The position numbers were made by a program, and so were the translations under genes. DNA of 32,000 nt from Mycobacterium tuberculosis H37Rv (lineage in GTDB: Bacteria; Actinomycetota; Actinomycetes; Mycobacteriales; Mycobacteriaceae), in the NCBI RefSeq assembly GCF_000195955.2, contig NC_000962.3, positions 2,970,001 through 3,002,000 on the forward strand, in the 5' to 3' direction. Position 1 is the first letter of the stretch. Each line of letters opens with the position of its first letter. Shown here in pieces: positions 15,754-28,055 of this stretch. Below the pieces are notes generated by a model. That model made no database searches. It had not been told where the DNA came from and worked only from the letters and a program-made list of their open reading frames with translations.

Positions 15754-16840
15754 CCCCCGCCGTCAGGGCCAGCAGGCGAGATGTGGCCCGCAGGTACTTC
15801 TTTCGGTATCCACCGGCCAGCATTTCCTCGCTGAAGATGGTGTCCAGCTTAGCGCCGGACGCCACCACCGGAATGCCGGCGTCATAGAGCCGATCAACGA
15901 GCGCCACCAACCGCAGCGCAACGTTCTGGTCGTCGATGCCGTGCACGCCGGTCAGAAACACCGCGGTCACACCTTCGATCAGGGTCAGATATCGCGACGG
16001 ATGCATGGTGGCCAGGTGCGCGCACAGCGCGTCGAAGTCGTCAAGGGTCGCCCCCTCAACACGTGCGGCACGCGCGGCCACCTCCTCGTCGGACAGCGGC
16101 GCCGGTGCCGGCGGCAGATCACGGTGTCGGTAGTCCGGACCCTCGATCCTCACCGTGGTGAAAATGCTTGCCAGGGTGTTGATCTCGCGTAGAAAGTCCT
16201 GGGCGGCGAAGCGGCCCTCGCCGAGCTGTTCGGGCAGTGTGTTGGAGGTGGCGGCCACCGAAACCCCCCGCTCGACCAGAGCCGAAAGCAGCCGGGAGAT
16301 CAGCGTGGTGTTGCCCGGATCGTCCAGCTCGAACTCGTCGATACATAAAGCGGTGTAATTGGCCAACAGATCGATACAGTCGGCGAAGCCGAACACACCG
16401 GCCAGCTGGGTCAGCTCACCGAACGTCGCGAATGCCTTTGGACATGTCGGCGCGTCCGGGCCGGTTCCAGGCAGCTGGTAGTAGGCAGAGGCCAGCAGGT
16501 GCGTCTTGCCTACCCCGAACCCACCGTCCAGGTACAGCCCCACACCGGGCAACACGTCGCGCTTGCCGAACCATTTCTTGCGGCCTGCACGCCGCTCGAC
16601 GGCCTGCCGGCAAAAGTCCTGGCACGCCACGACGGCGGCCGCCTGGGTGGGTTCAACCGGGTCAGGTCGATACGTCGCGAAGCTCACCTCGGCGAACGTC
16701 GGAGGCGGCCGCAGTTGGGCGATCAGCCGCACCGGAGACACGGTCGGATGCCTGTCCACCAGGTGGTCCACCGAACCGCAAGCTTCGGAGGCAGACCCGT
16801 GCATGGTGGCACTGTAGCGACGTGCTGCAATCAAGGTCAT
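15731..16840 (-). CDS. AFG1/ZapE-like P-loop ATPase (Rv2670c)
   Basis: YLDGGFGVGKTHLLASAYY Walker A, CIDEFELDDPGNTTLISRLLSALVERGV. Confidence 0.9.
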   Translation of the reverse strand: MTLIAARRYSATMHGSASEACGSVDHLVDRHPTVSPVRLIAQLRPPPTFAEVSFATYRPDPVEPTQAAAVVACQDFCRQAVERRAGRKKWFGKRDVLPGVGLYLDGGFGVGKTHLLASAYYQLPGTGPDAPTCPKAFATFGELTQLAGVFGFADCIDLLANYTALCIDEFELDDPGNTTLISRLLSALVERGVSVAATSNTLPEQLGEGRFAAQDFLREINTLASIFTTVRIEGPDYRHRDLPPAPAPLSDEEVAARAARVEGATLDDFDALCAHLATMHPSRYLTLIEGVTAVFLTGVHGIDDQNVALRLVALVDRLYDAGIPVVASGAKLDTIFSEEMLAGGYRKKYLRATSRLLALTAGVIQAREP

Positions 16841-17615
16841 GCCCGACTCTGGTCAGCTCGGAGCCGCTGACACCCCGCTAAGGCTGCTCAGCTCGGTGCA
16901 TTACCTCACCGACGGCGAACTCCCCCAGCTTTACGACTATCCGGATGACGGCACCTGGTTGCGGGCGAACTTCATCAGCAGCTTGGACGGCGGCGCTACC
17001 GTCGATGGCACCAGCGGGGCGATGGCCGGGCCCGGCGACCGATTCGTCTTCAACCTGTTGCGTGAACTTGCCGACGTCATCGTGGTCGGCGTGGGCACCG
17101 TGCGCATTGAGGGCTACTCCGGCGTCCGGATGGGTGTCGTCCAGCGCCAGCACCGGCAGGCCCGAGGCCAAAGCGAAGTTCCGCAACTGGCAATCGTCAC
17201 CAGGTCCGGTCGCCTTGACCGTGACATGGCGGTATTCACCCGGACCGAGATGGCACCGTTGGTGCTCACCACCACGGCGGTCGCCGATGACACGCGCCAG
17301 CGGCTCGCGGGCCTCGCCGAGGTGATCGCGTGCTCCGGCGACGATCCGGGCACGGTCGATGAGGCAGTGCTCGTGTCCCAGCTCGCGGCTCGCGGTCTGC
17401 GCCGGATCCTTACCGAAGGCGGGCCGACGTTGCTCGGGACATTCGTCGAGCGTGACGTGCTCGACGAGCTGTGTCTGACGATCGCCCCCTACGTCGTCGG
17501 CGGCCTGGCGCGCCGCATAGTGACGGGACCCGGGCAGGTGCTGACCCGGATGCGCTGTGCCCATGTCCTCACCGACGACTCCGGCTACCTGTACACCCGC
17601 TACGTCAAGACCTGA
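16839..17615 (+). CDS. ribD: RibD C-terminal-like / DHFR-fold pyrimidine reductase (Rv2671)
   Basis: NFISSLDGGATVDGTSGAMAGPGDRFVFNLLRELADVIVVGVGTVR...RILTEGGPTLLGTFV. Confidence 0.88.
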   Translation: MPDSGQLGAADTPLRLLSSVHYLTDGELPQLYDYPDDGTWLRANFISSLDGGATVDGTSGAMAGPGDRFVFNLLRELADVIVVGVGTVRIEGYSGVRMGVVQRQHRQARGQSEVPQLAIVTRSGRLDRDMAVFTRTEMAPLVLTTTAVADDTRQRLAGLAEVIACSGDDPGTVDEAVLVSQLAARGLRRILTEGGPTLLGTFVERDVLDELCLTIAPYVVGGLARRIVTGPGQVLTRMRCAHVLTDDSGYLYTRYVKT

Positions 17616-17681
17616 AACAGCTGGACGTGAATGCCCGCCTCCTCACCGACCCACTACGCGGCCCGCATCGTCGCCGGGTGA

Positions 17682-19268
17682 ATGGCTACTGTGGTCGGCA
17701 TGAGTCGGCCCATGACGTCAACCGCGATGTTGGTCGCGCTGACCTGCTCGGCGACAGTGCTGGCCGCATGCGTCCCGGCGTTCGGCGCCGACCCGCGGTT
17801 CGCGACCTACTCGGGCGCAGGACCGCAAGGCGCAGCCACCACGACACCACCGCCGGCTGGCCCACCACCGCTCGCCGCACCCAAGAACGACTTGTCGTGG
17901 CACGACTGCACGTCACGGGTGTACTCGAATGCTGGGATCCCAGCAGCGCCCGGCGTCAAGCTGGAATGCGCAAGCTATGACACCGACCTCGACCCGCTCG
18001 TCGGCGGGTCCACAGCGGTAAGCATCGGCGTAGTGCGCGCGCGCTCCAACCAGACCCCGAGCGACGCAGGACCCCTGGTGTTCACCACCGGCTCCGACCT
18101 ACCCTCGTCGACGCAGTTGCCGGTCTGGCTGGCACACGCGGGCATCGATGTGCTCCGCAGCCACCCCATTGTCGCCGTCGACCGCCGCGGCATGGGCATG
18201 TCGAGCCCAATCGACTGCCGCGATCACTTTGACCGCGACGAGATGCGTGATCAGGCGCAATTCCAGGCTGGCGACGATCCGGTGGCCAACCTTTCCGACA
18301 TCTCCAACACCGCCACCACCGACTGCACCGACGCCATCGCGCCAGGCGAGTCCGCCTACGACAACACCCACGCCGCCTCGGATATCGAGCGCTTACGCAA
18401 ACTCTGGGACGTCCCTGCCCTCGCCTTCGTCGGCATTGGCAACGGCACCCAAGTGGCGCTGGCCTACGCAGCATCGCGTCCCGACAACGTCGCCAGACTG
18501 ATCCTCGACTCCCCAATCGCGTTGGGGGTCTCTGCCGAAGCCGCCGCCGAGCAACAGGTCCAGGGCCAACAGGCGGCGCTGGACGCATTCGCTGCGCAAT
18601 GTGTCGCGGTGAACTGCGCGCTGGGCTCCCATCCGAAAGGCGCGGTCAGCGCGCTGCTGTCGGCCGCCCGGTCCGGTGATGGGCCCGGCGGCGCGTCGGT
18701 GGCGGCTGTCGCCAACGCCGTCGCCACCGCGTTGGGCTTCCCCGACAGTGGCCGGGTCGATAGCACCACGAAATTGGCCGACGCGCTGGCCGCGGCCCGC
18801 TCCGGGGACATGAACTTGCTGTCCGCCCTGATCAACCGCGCCGATACCACCCGGGATACGGACGGTCAGTTCATCAGCTCGTGCAGCGATGCGGTCAACC
18901 GCCCGACACCGGACCGGGTGCGCGAGCTGGTGGTGGCTTGGGGGAAGCTCTACCCGCAGTTCGGCGCCGTCGCGGCGCTCAACCTGGTGAAATGCGTGCA
19001 CTGGCCCAGCAGTTCGCCGCCGCAGCCACCGAAAGACCTCAAGGTCGACGTGCTGTTGCTCGGTGTGCAAAACGACCCGATCGTGGGCAACGAAGGGGTC
19101 GCCGCGACCGCCGCCACGGCCATCAACGCCAACGCCGCCAGCAAGCGGGTGATGTGGCAAGGTATTGGCCACGGCGCCAGCATCTACTCGTCCTGCGCGG
19201 TGCCGCCACTCGTCGCCTACCTGGACACTGGCAAGCTGCCTGACACCGACACCTATTGCCCCGCCTGA
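17682..19268 (+). CDS. Secreted lipoprotein alpha/beta-hydrolase-type peptidase (Rv2672)
   Basis: Lipobox VLAAC; alpha/beta hydrolase core, AFVGIGNGTQVALAYA nucleophile region, C-terminal GHGASIYSSC. Confidence 0.85.
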   Translation: MATVVGMSRPMTSTAMLVALTCSATVLAACVPAFGADPRFATYSGAGPQGAATTTPPPAGPPPLAAPKNDLSWHDCTSRVYSNAGIPAAPGVKLECASYDTDLDPLVGGSTAVSIGVVRARSNQTPSDAGPLVFTTGSDLPSSTQLPVWLAHAGIDVLRSHPIVAVDRRGMGMSSPIDCRDHFDRDEMRDQAQFQAGDDPVANLSDISNTATTDCTDAIAPGESAYDNTHAASDIERLRKLWDVPALAFVGIGNGTQVALAYAASRPDNVARLILDSPIALGVSAEAAAEQQVQGQQAALDAFAAQCVAVNCALGSHPKGAVSALLSAARSGDGPGGASVAAVANAVATALGFPDSGRVDSTTKLADALAAARSGDMNLLSALINRADTTRDTDGQFISSCSDAVNRPTPDRVRELVVAWGKLYPQFGAVAALNLVKCVHWPSSSPPQPPKDLKVDVLLLGVQNDPIVGNEGVAATAATAINANAASKRVMWQGIGHGASIYSSCAVPPLVAYLDTGKLPDTDTYCPA

Positions 19269-19290
19269 TATTCGGGGCGGGCGGGACGCG

Positions 19291-20592
19291 GTGTACGGTG
19301 CGCTGGTGACGGCAGCTGACTCCATCCGAACCGGCCTAGGCGCATCCTTGTTGGCCGGATTCCGTCCGCGCACCGGCGCCCCGAGCACCGCGACGATCCT
19401 GCGGTCGGCGCTCTGGCCGGCCGCCGTCCTGTCGGTGCTGCACCGCAGCATCGTATTGACGACCAACGGCAACATCACCGACGATTTCAAGCCGGTCTAC
19501 CGCGCGGTGCTGAACTTCCGGCGCGGATGGGACATCTATAACGAGCACTTCGACTACGTCGACCCGCACTACCTGTATCCCCCCGGTGGCACCCTGCTGA
19601 TGGCGCCGTTCGGCTACCTGCCCTTCGCCCCGTCGCGCTATCTGTTTATCTCGATCAACACCGCGGCCATCCTGGTCGCCGCCTACCTGCTGCTGCGGAT
19701 GTTCAACTTCACGCTGACCTCGGTGGCCGCACCCGCCCTGATTCTGGCCATGTTTGCTACCGAGACCGTGACCAACACGCTGGTGTTCACCAACATCAAC
19801 GGCTGCATCCTGCTGTTGGAGGTGCTCTTTCTGAGATGGCTGTTGGACGGCCGAGCCAGTCGTCAGTGGTGCGGCGGCCTGGCGATCGGGCTGACCCTGG
19901 TTCTCAAACCCCTGCTCGGTCCGCTGTTGTTGCTGCCGCTGCTGAACCGCCAGTGGCGGGCTCTGGTGGCCGCCGTCGTCGTTCCCGTCGTCGTCAACGT
20001 GGCCGCGCTGCCGCTGGTCAGTGACCCGATGAGCTTCTTCACCCGCACGCTGCCCTACATCTTGGGCACCCGGGACTACTTCAACAGCTCGATCTTGGGC
20101 AACGGCGTCTACTTCGGGCTGCCCACCTGGCTGATCCTGTTCCTGCGGATCCTGTTCACCGCGATCACCTTCGGCGCATTGTGGCTGTTGTACCGCTACT
20201 ACCGCACCGGTGACCCGCTGTTTTGGTTCACCACCTCGTCGGGTGTGCTGCTGCTGTGGTCGTGGCTGGTGATGTCGCTGGCCCAGGGCTACTACTCGAT
20301 GATGCTGTTCCCGTTCCTGATGACCGTTGTGCTGCCCAACTCGGTGATCCGCAACTGGCCGGCGTGGCTGGGAGTCTACGGCTTCATGACGTTGGATCGC
20401 TGGCTGCTGTTCAACTGGATGAGATGGGGCCGCGCGCTGGAATACCTCAAGATCACCTACGGTTGGTCGTTGCTGTTGATCGTGACGTTTACCGTGCTCT
20501 ATTTCCGCTATCTGGACGCCAAGGCGGACAACCGGCTGGACGGCGGTATCGATCCAGCCTGGCTGACGCCCGAGCGGGAGGGCCAGCGGTGA
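19291..20592 (+). CDS. aftC: Arabinofuranosyltransferase AftC (Rv2673)
   Basis: Polytopic GT-C-like protein, DDFKPVYRAVLNFRRGWDIYNEHFDYVDPHYLYPPGGTL. Confidence 0.92.
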   Translation: MYGALVTAADSIRTGLGASLLAGFRPRTGAPSTATILRSALWPAAVLSVLHRSIVLTTNGNITDDFKPVYRAVLNFRRGWDIYNEHFDYVDPHYLYPPGGTLLMAPFGYLPFAPSRYLFISINTAAILVAAYLLLRMFNFTLTSVAAPALILAMFATETVTNTLVFTNINGCILLLEVLFLRWLLDGRASRQWCGGLAIGLTLVLKPLLGPLLLLPLLNRQWRALVAAVVVPVVVNVAALPLVSDPMSFFTRTLPYILGTRDYFNSSILGNGVYFGLPTWLILFLRILFTAITFGALWLLYRYYRTGDPLFWFTTSSGVLLLWSWLVMSLAQGYYSMMLFPFLMTVVLPNSVIRNWPAWLGVYGFMTLDRWLLFNWMRWGRALEYLKITYGWSLLLIVTFTVLYFRYLDAKADNRLDGGIDPAWLTPEREGQR

Positions 20593-20694
20593 TCGCAAGC
20601 GCGGCGAGCCGGGCGCAGCGGGTCACCGCCATCGGGACTAGCGGTGATCGCAAGCGCGGCGAGCCGGGCGCAGCGGGTCACCGCCATCGGGACT
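20585..20694. repeat. Two tandem copies of a 55-bp unit (VNTR)
   Basis: AGCGGTGATCGCAAGCGCGGCGAGCCGGGCGCAGCGGGTCACCGCCATCGGGACT repeated exactly at offset 55. Confidence 0.95.
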
Positions 20695-20705
20695 AGCGTG
20701 GACCC

Positions 20706-21116
20706 ATGACGCGCCCAAAGCTAGAACTGTCCGACGACGAGTGGCGTCAGAAGCTCACCCCGCAGGAATTCCATGTGCTACGTCGCGCCGGGACCGAGCG
20801 GCCCTTCACCGGTGAATACACCGACACCACAACAGCGGGCATCTACCAGTGCCGGGCCTGTGGCGCCGAATTGTTCCGCAGCACCGAGAAATTCGAGTCG
20901 CATTGCGGCTGGCCGTCGTTCTTCGACCCGAAAAGCTCCGATGCGGTGACCCTGCGCCCTGACCACTCGTTGGGGATGACGCGTACCGAGGTGCTGTGCG
21001 CGAACTGCGACAGCCACCTGGGCCACGTGTTCGCCGGCGAGGGGTATCCCACGCCAACCGACAAGCGCTATTGCATCAACTCCATTTCGCTGCGCCTGGT
21101 CCCCGGTAGCGTGTAG
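20706..21116 (+). CDS. msrB: Peptide methionine-R-sulfoxide reductase (Rv2674)
   Basis: CRACGAELF...SHCGWPSFFDP...VLCANCDSHLGHVF...RYCINSISLRLVP. Confidence 0.97.
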   Translation: MTRPKLELSDDEWRQKLTPQEFHVLRRAGTERPFTGEYTDTTTAGIYQCRACGAELFRSTEKFESHCGWPSFFDPKSSDAVTLRPDHSLGMTRTEVLCANCDSHLGHVFAGEGYPTPTDKRYCINSISLRLVPGSV

Positions 21117-21118
21117 CG

Positions 21119-21177
21119 CCGAGATTGACGTTTTGCAGACGCCCTCTCGCACTTTCACTGCAAAACGTCAGTCTCGG
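21119..21177. terminator. Inverted repeat between convergent msrB and Rv2675c
   Basis: CCGAGATTGACGTTTTGCAG / CTGCAAAACGTCAGTCTCGG, 19 of 20 bp paired, 19-nt loop. Confidence 0.5.
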
Positions 21178-21183
21178 TGAAAG

Positions 21184-23988
<2,805 letters not shown>

Positions 23989-23992
<4 letters not shown>

Positions 23993-25062
23993 AGCGAGTG
24001 TACGAGCGAGACCAGGTCGGCCAGCACCGCGGGATCGCTTTCTGGCAGCACCCCGTGGCCGAGGTTGAAGATATGGCCGGCCGCACCGGCGTCGACGGCG
24101 CGGCGTCCGTCGTCGACAACGGCACGTGCGGCACGTTCCACCGCCGGCCAGCCCGCCAGGACCACCGCCGGATCGAGGTTGCCCTGTAACGCCGTGCCGG
24201 GCACCACCCGGGCGGCGGCGTCGGTCAGCGGGGTCCGCCAGTCCACGCCGACGACGGCCCCTCGGCCTGGCCGCTCCCCGGCTGTCACGGCCTCCGACAT
24301 CGCGCCCAGCAATTCGGCGGTCCCAACCCCGAAGTGCGTCATCGGCACGCCATGCTCGCCCAGCGCAGCGAACACCCGGGCGCTGTGCGGCAACACGTAC
24401 TGGCGGTAGTCGATCGGCGAGAGCGCCCCGGCCCAGGAGTCGAATACCTGGATGGCGTCCACCCCCGCGTCGATTTGGCCGACCAGAAACGCGATGGTGA
24501 GGTCGGTCAGCTTGGCCATCAGCGCGTGCCAGCTCGCCGGCTCGGCCAACATCATCGCCTTGACGTGGGCGTGATGGCGGCTCGGTCCGCCCTCCACGAG
24601 GTAGGAGGCCAGCGTGAACGGCGCGCCGGCGAAACCGATCAGCGGCACGTCGCCAAGCTCAGCGACCAACAACGAAGCCGCCACCAATACCGGTTGAATC
24701 GCTTGTGGATCAAGTGGTTTCATGGCGGCGACATCGGCGGCGGTGCGCACCGGGTCCGCGATCACCGGCCCAACGTCGGCGACGATGTCCAAATCCACGC
24801 CGGCCGCCCGTAGCGGCACCACGATGTCGGAGAACAGGATGGCCGCGTCGACGTCGTAGCGGCGTATCGGCTGCAGGGTAATCTCACAGGCCACGTCCGG
24901 TTCGAAACAGGCCGCCAGCATGCTGTACCGCTCGCGCAGCGCCCGGTATTCGGGCAACGAGCGCCCGGCCTGCCGCATGAACCACACCGGCACCCGGCTG
25001 GGCTTGCGGCCGGTGACGGCGGCCAGATACGGCGACTGCGGAAGGTCGCGACGGGTACTCAT
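23989..25062 (-). CDS. hemE: Uroporphyrinogen decarboxylase (Rv2678c)
   Basis: [22 protein letters not shown]...[13 protein letters not shown]...[10 protein letters not shown]. Confidence 0.96.
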
Positions 25063-25114
25063 CGAACTCAATGCTGCCACGACCGCCACCCCGCACCTGC
25101 GTAACATCGACCCA

Positions 25115-25945
25115 ATGCCAGTTACCTACGACGACTTCCCCAGCCTGCGCTGCGAAATCCACGACCAACCTGGTCACGAAGGCGTGCTGGAGCTGGTGCT
25201 GGACTCCCCCGGGCTGAACTCGGTCGGGCCGCACATGCACCGCGACCTTGCCGACATCTGGCCGGTGATCGATCGCGACCCGGCCGTGCGCGTGGTCTTG
25301 GTCCGCGGTGAAGGCAAGGCCTTTTCCTCCGGCGGCAGTTTCGACCTGATCGCCGAAACCATCGGCGACTACCAGGGCCGGCTGCGCATCATGCGCGAGG
25401 CCCGCGACCTGGTGCTCAACCTGGTCAACTTCGACAAGCCGGTGGTGTCGGCGATTCGGGGCCCGGCCGTCGGTGCGGGTCTGGTTGTCGCGCTGCTCGC
25501 CGACATTTCGGTGGCGGGCCGCGCCGCGAAGATCATCGATGGGCACACCAAACTCGGGGTCGCCGCGGGGGATCACGCGGCGATCTGCTGGCCCCTGCTG
25601 GTCGGCATGGCCAAGGCCAAGTACTACCTGCTGACCTGCGAGCCGCTGTCCGGGGAGGAGGCCGAACGCATCGGTCTGGTCTCCATCTGCGTCGACGACG
25701 ACGATGTGCTCCCCACCGCAACACGCCTGGCGGAGCGGCTCGCCGCTGGCGCGCAAAACGCCATCCGCTGGACCAAACGCAGCCTCAATCACTGGTATCG
25801 CATGTTCGGTCCCGCCTTCGAAACGTCGCTCGGGCTGGAGTTCATCGGGTTCGGTGGTCCCGACGTCCGGGAAGGCCTGGCCGCGCACCGCGAAAAGCGC
25901 CCCGCGCGGTTCGGCGCCGACCCCGATCCCGGCGCCGGCAGCTGA
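25115..25945 (+). CDS. echA15: Enoyl-CoA hydratase/isomerase family (Rv2679)
   Basis: [17 protein letters not shown]...[24 protein letters not shown]. Confidence 0.94.
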   Translation: MPVTYDDFPSLRCEIHDQPGHEGVLELVLDSPGLNSVGPHMHRDLADIWPVIDRDPAVRVVLVRGEGKAFSSGGSFDLIAETIGDYQGRLRIMREARDLVLNLVNFDKPVVSAIRGPAVGAGLVVALLADISVAGRAAKIIDGHTKLGVAAGDHAAICWPLLVGMAKAKYYLLTCEPLSGEEAERIGLVSICVDDDDVLPTATRLAERLAAGAQNAIRWTKRSLNHWYRMFGPAFETSLGLEFIGFGGPDVREGLAAHREKRPARFGADPDPGAGS

Positions 25946-26003
25946 GCACAGTTCGGCGCGCCTGTGCACACGTGTCGGCGGATAGGTCTACCGTCGAAAT
26001 CTG

Positions 26004-26168
26004 TGACCTCCGCCGGCGACGATGCAGAGCGCAGCGATGAGGAGGAGCGGCGCTTGACCTCCGCCGGCGACGATGCAGAGCGCAGCGATGAGGAGGAGCG
26101 GCGCTTGACCTCCGCCGGCGACGATGCAGAGCGCAGCGATGAGGAGGAGCGGCGCTTGACCTCCGCCG
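26004..26168. repeat. 51-bp tandem repeat, 3 full copies plus 12 nt (MIRU26-type VNTR)
   Basis: TGACCTCCGCCGGCGACGATGCAGAGCGCAGCGATGAGGAGGAGCGGCGCT at 26004, 26055, 26106; partial at 26157. Confidence 0.95.
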
Positions 26169-26737
26169 AGCCGGCCCTATTCCGCGAGGCAGTAGCGGCG
26201 ATGAACGCTGTCACCGTGCGGCCGGAAATCGAACTCGGCCCTATCCGACCGCCGCAGCGGCTAGCTCCGTACAGCTATGCGCTGGGAGCCGAGATCAAGC
26301 ATCCCGAACTCGACGTCATTCCGGAGCGTTCCGAGGGCGACGCCTTCGGCCGGCTGATCATGCTGTATGACCCGGACGGCTCCGATGCATGGGACGGCAC
26401 TATTCGCCTGGTCGCCTATGTCCAGGCCGACCTGGACTCGAGTGAAGCCGTCGACCCCCTGCTGCCCGAGGTGGCATGGAGTTGGCTGGTGGACGCGCTG
26501 ACAGCGCGCACCGACCAGGTGAGGGCCCTGGGCGGCACTGTCACCGCCACCACATCGGTGCGATACGGCGACATCTCCGGGCCGCCGCGCGCTCACCAGC
26601 TGGAGCTACGGGCGTCATGGACGGCGACCACCCCCGATCTGGGCGCCCATGTCCAGGCGTTCTGCGACGTCCTGGAGCACGCGGCCGGCCTGCCGCCAGC
26701 CGGGGTCACCGACCTGGGCTCGCGGTCACGCGCCTGA
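26105..26737 (+). CDS. Conserved DUF3000-like hypothetical protein (Rv2680); frame open back to 25964
   Basis: RPEIELGPIRPPQRLAPYSYALGAEI...; in-frame repeat peptides upstream. Confidence 0.8.
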   Translation: MTSAGDDAERSDEEERRLTSAEPALFREAVAAMNAVTVRPEIELGPIRPPQRLAPYSYALGAEIKHPELDVIPERSEGDAFGRLIMLYDPDGSDAWDGTIRLVAYVQADLDSSEAVDPLLPEVAWSWLVDALTARTDQVRALGGTVTATTSVRYGDISGPPRAHQLELRASWTATTPDLGAHVQAFCDVLEHAAGLPPAGVTDLGSRSRA

Positions 26738-26738
26738 C

Positions 26739-28055
26739 ATGTGCCCCGAGCCGTCTCACGCGGGAGCTGCTGAGTCCGAAGGCACGGAATCGGAACCCAC
26801 CCCCTTGCTCCGGCCCGCCGGTGGGATACCGGATCTGTGTGTGACCGTCGGTGAAATCGCCGCTGCCGCAGAACTACTGGACCGCGGGCGCGGACCGTTC
26901 GCGGTAGACGCCGAGCGGGCGTCGGGTTTCCGCTACTCCGGCCGCGCCTACCTGATTCAGATCCGGCGGGCCGAGGCCGGCACCGTACTGATCGACCCGG
27001 TCAGCCACGGCGGTGACCCGTTGACCGTGCTGGCGCCGGTCGCCGAGGTGCTCAGCACCAACGAGTGGATCCTGCACTCCGCCGATCAGGATCTGCCCTG
27101 TCTCGCCGAGGTCGGTATGCGACCGCCAGCGCTATACGACACCGAGCTTGCCGGGCGCCTGGCCGGGTTCGATCGAGTGAACCTGGCGGCCATGGTCGAG
27201 CGGTTACTTGGACTGGGATTGACCAAGGGCCACGGCGCGGCCGACTGGTCCAAGCGCCCGCTACCCTCGGCCTGGCTGAACTACGCGGCGTTGGACGTGG
27301 AACTGCTCATCGAACTACGCGCGGCGATCTCGCGGGTGCTGGCCGAGCAAGGCAAAACCGATTGGGCTGCGCAGGAATTCGAGCACCTGCGGTCGTTCGA
27401 ATCAAGGCCACCCCCAGCGGCCGCCCGGCAGGACCGCTGGCGACGAACCTCGGGTATCCACAAAGTGCATGACCGGCGGGGGCTGGCCGCGGTCCGCGAA
27501 TTGTGGACAGCGCGTGACCGAATCGCCCAGCGCCGCGACATCGCGCCCCGCCGGATCTTGCCGGACTCGGCCATTATCGATGCCGCCATCGCCGACCCAA
27601 AGTCAGTCGACGACCTTGTCGCGTTACCGGTGTTCGGCGGACGCAACCAACGTCGCAGCGCGGCTGTGTGGTGGGCGGCACTGGCAGCCGCACGCGAAAG
27701 CCCAGATCCGCCGGAGATCGCCGAACCGGCAAACGGGCCGCCGCCGCCGGGGCGGTGGGTCAGACGGAAACCGGCAGCCGCCGCACGGCTGGATGCGGCG
27801 CGCGCGGCGCTGACGGAGGTGTCGCAACGGGTGCGGGTACCGACCGAGAACCTGGTCTCACCTGATCTGGTGCGACGGCTGTGTTGGGAATGGGAGGACA
27901 TCTCGCAGAGTTCTCCAGACCCGATTGCCGCTGTCGAGGCGTACCTGCGCACCGGCCAGGCACGGGCCTGGCAGCTCGAACTAGTGGTCCCCATCCTGAC
28001 CGCGGCGTTGACAGGGGCTCCGGACGCCGGCGCCCAGGGCGATGATGGCTCTTAG
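26739..28055 (+). CDS. RNase D-like 3'-5' exonuclease with HRDC domain (Rv2681)
   Basis: [25 protein letters not shown]...[14 protein letters not shown]...[13 protein letters not shown]. Confidence 0.9.
   Translation: MCPEPSHAGAAESEGTESEPTPLLRPAGGIPDLCVTVGEIAAAAELLDRGRGPFAVDAERASGFRYSGRAYLIQIRRAEAGTVLIDPVSHGGDPLTVLAPVAEVLSTNEWILHSADQDLPCLAEVGMRPPALYDTELAGRLAGFDRVNLAAMVERLLGLGLTKGHGAADWSKRPLPSAWLNYAALDVELLIELRAAISRVLAEQGKTDWAAQEFEHLRSFESRPPPAAARQDRWRRTSGIHKVHDRRGLAAVRELWTARDRIAQRRDIAPRRILPDSAIIDAAIADPKSVDDLVALPVFGGRNQRRSAAVWWAALAAARESPDPPEIAEPANGPPPPGRWVRRKPAAAARLDAARAALTEVSQRVRVPTENLVSPDLVRRLCWEWEDISQSSPDPIAAVEAYLRTGQARAWQLELVVPILTAALTGAPDAGAQGDDGS

Noticed and set aside
19336-20598. Minus-strand 420-aa ORF opposite aftC
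   Set aside because: Gln/His-rich shadow translation of a membrane protein gene, typical GC artefact.
24920-25945. Plus-strand extension of echA15 upstream to 24920 (341 aa)
   Set aside because: The upstream part overlaps divergent hemE coding sequence; canonical start near 25115 fits the crotonase fold.
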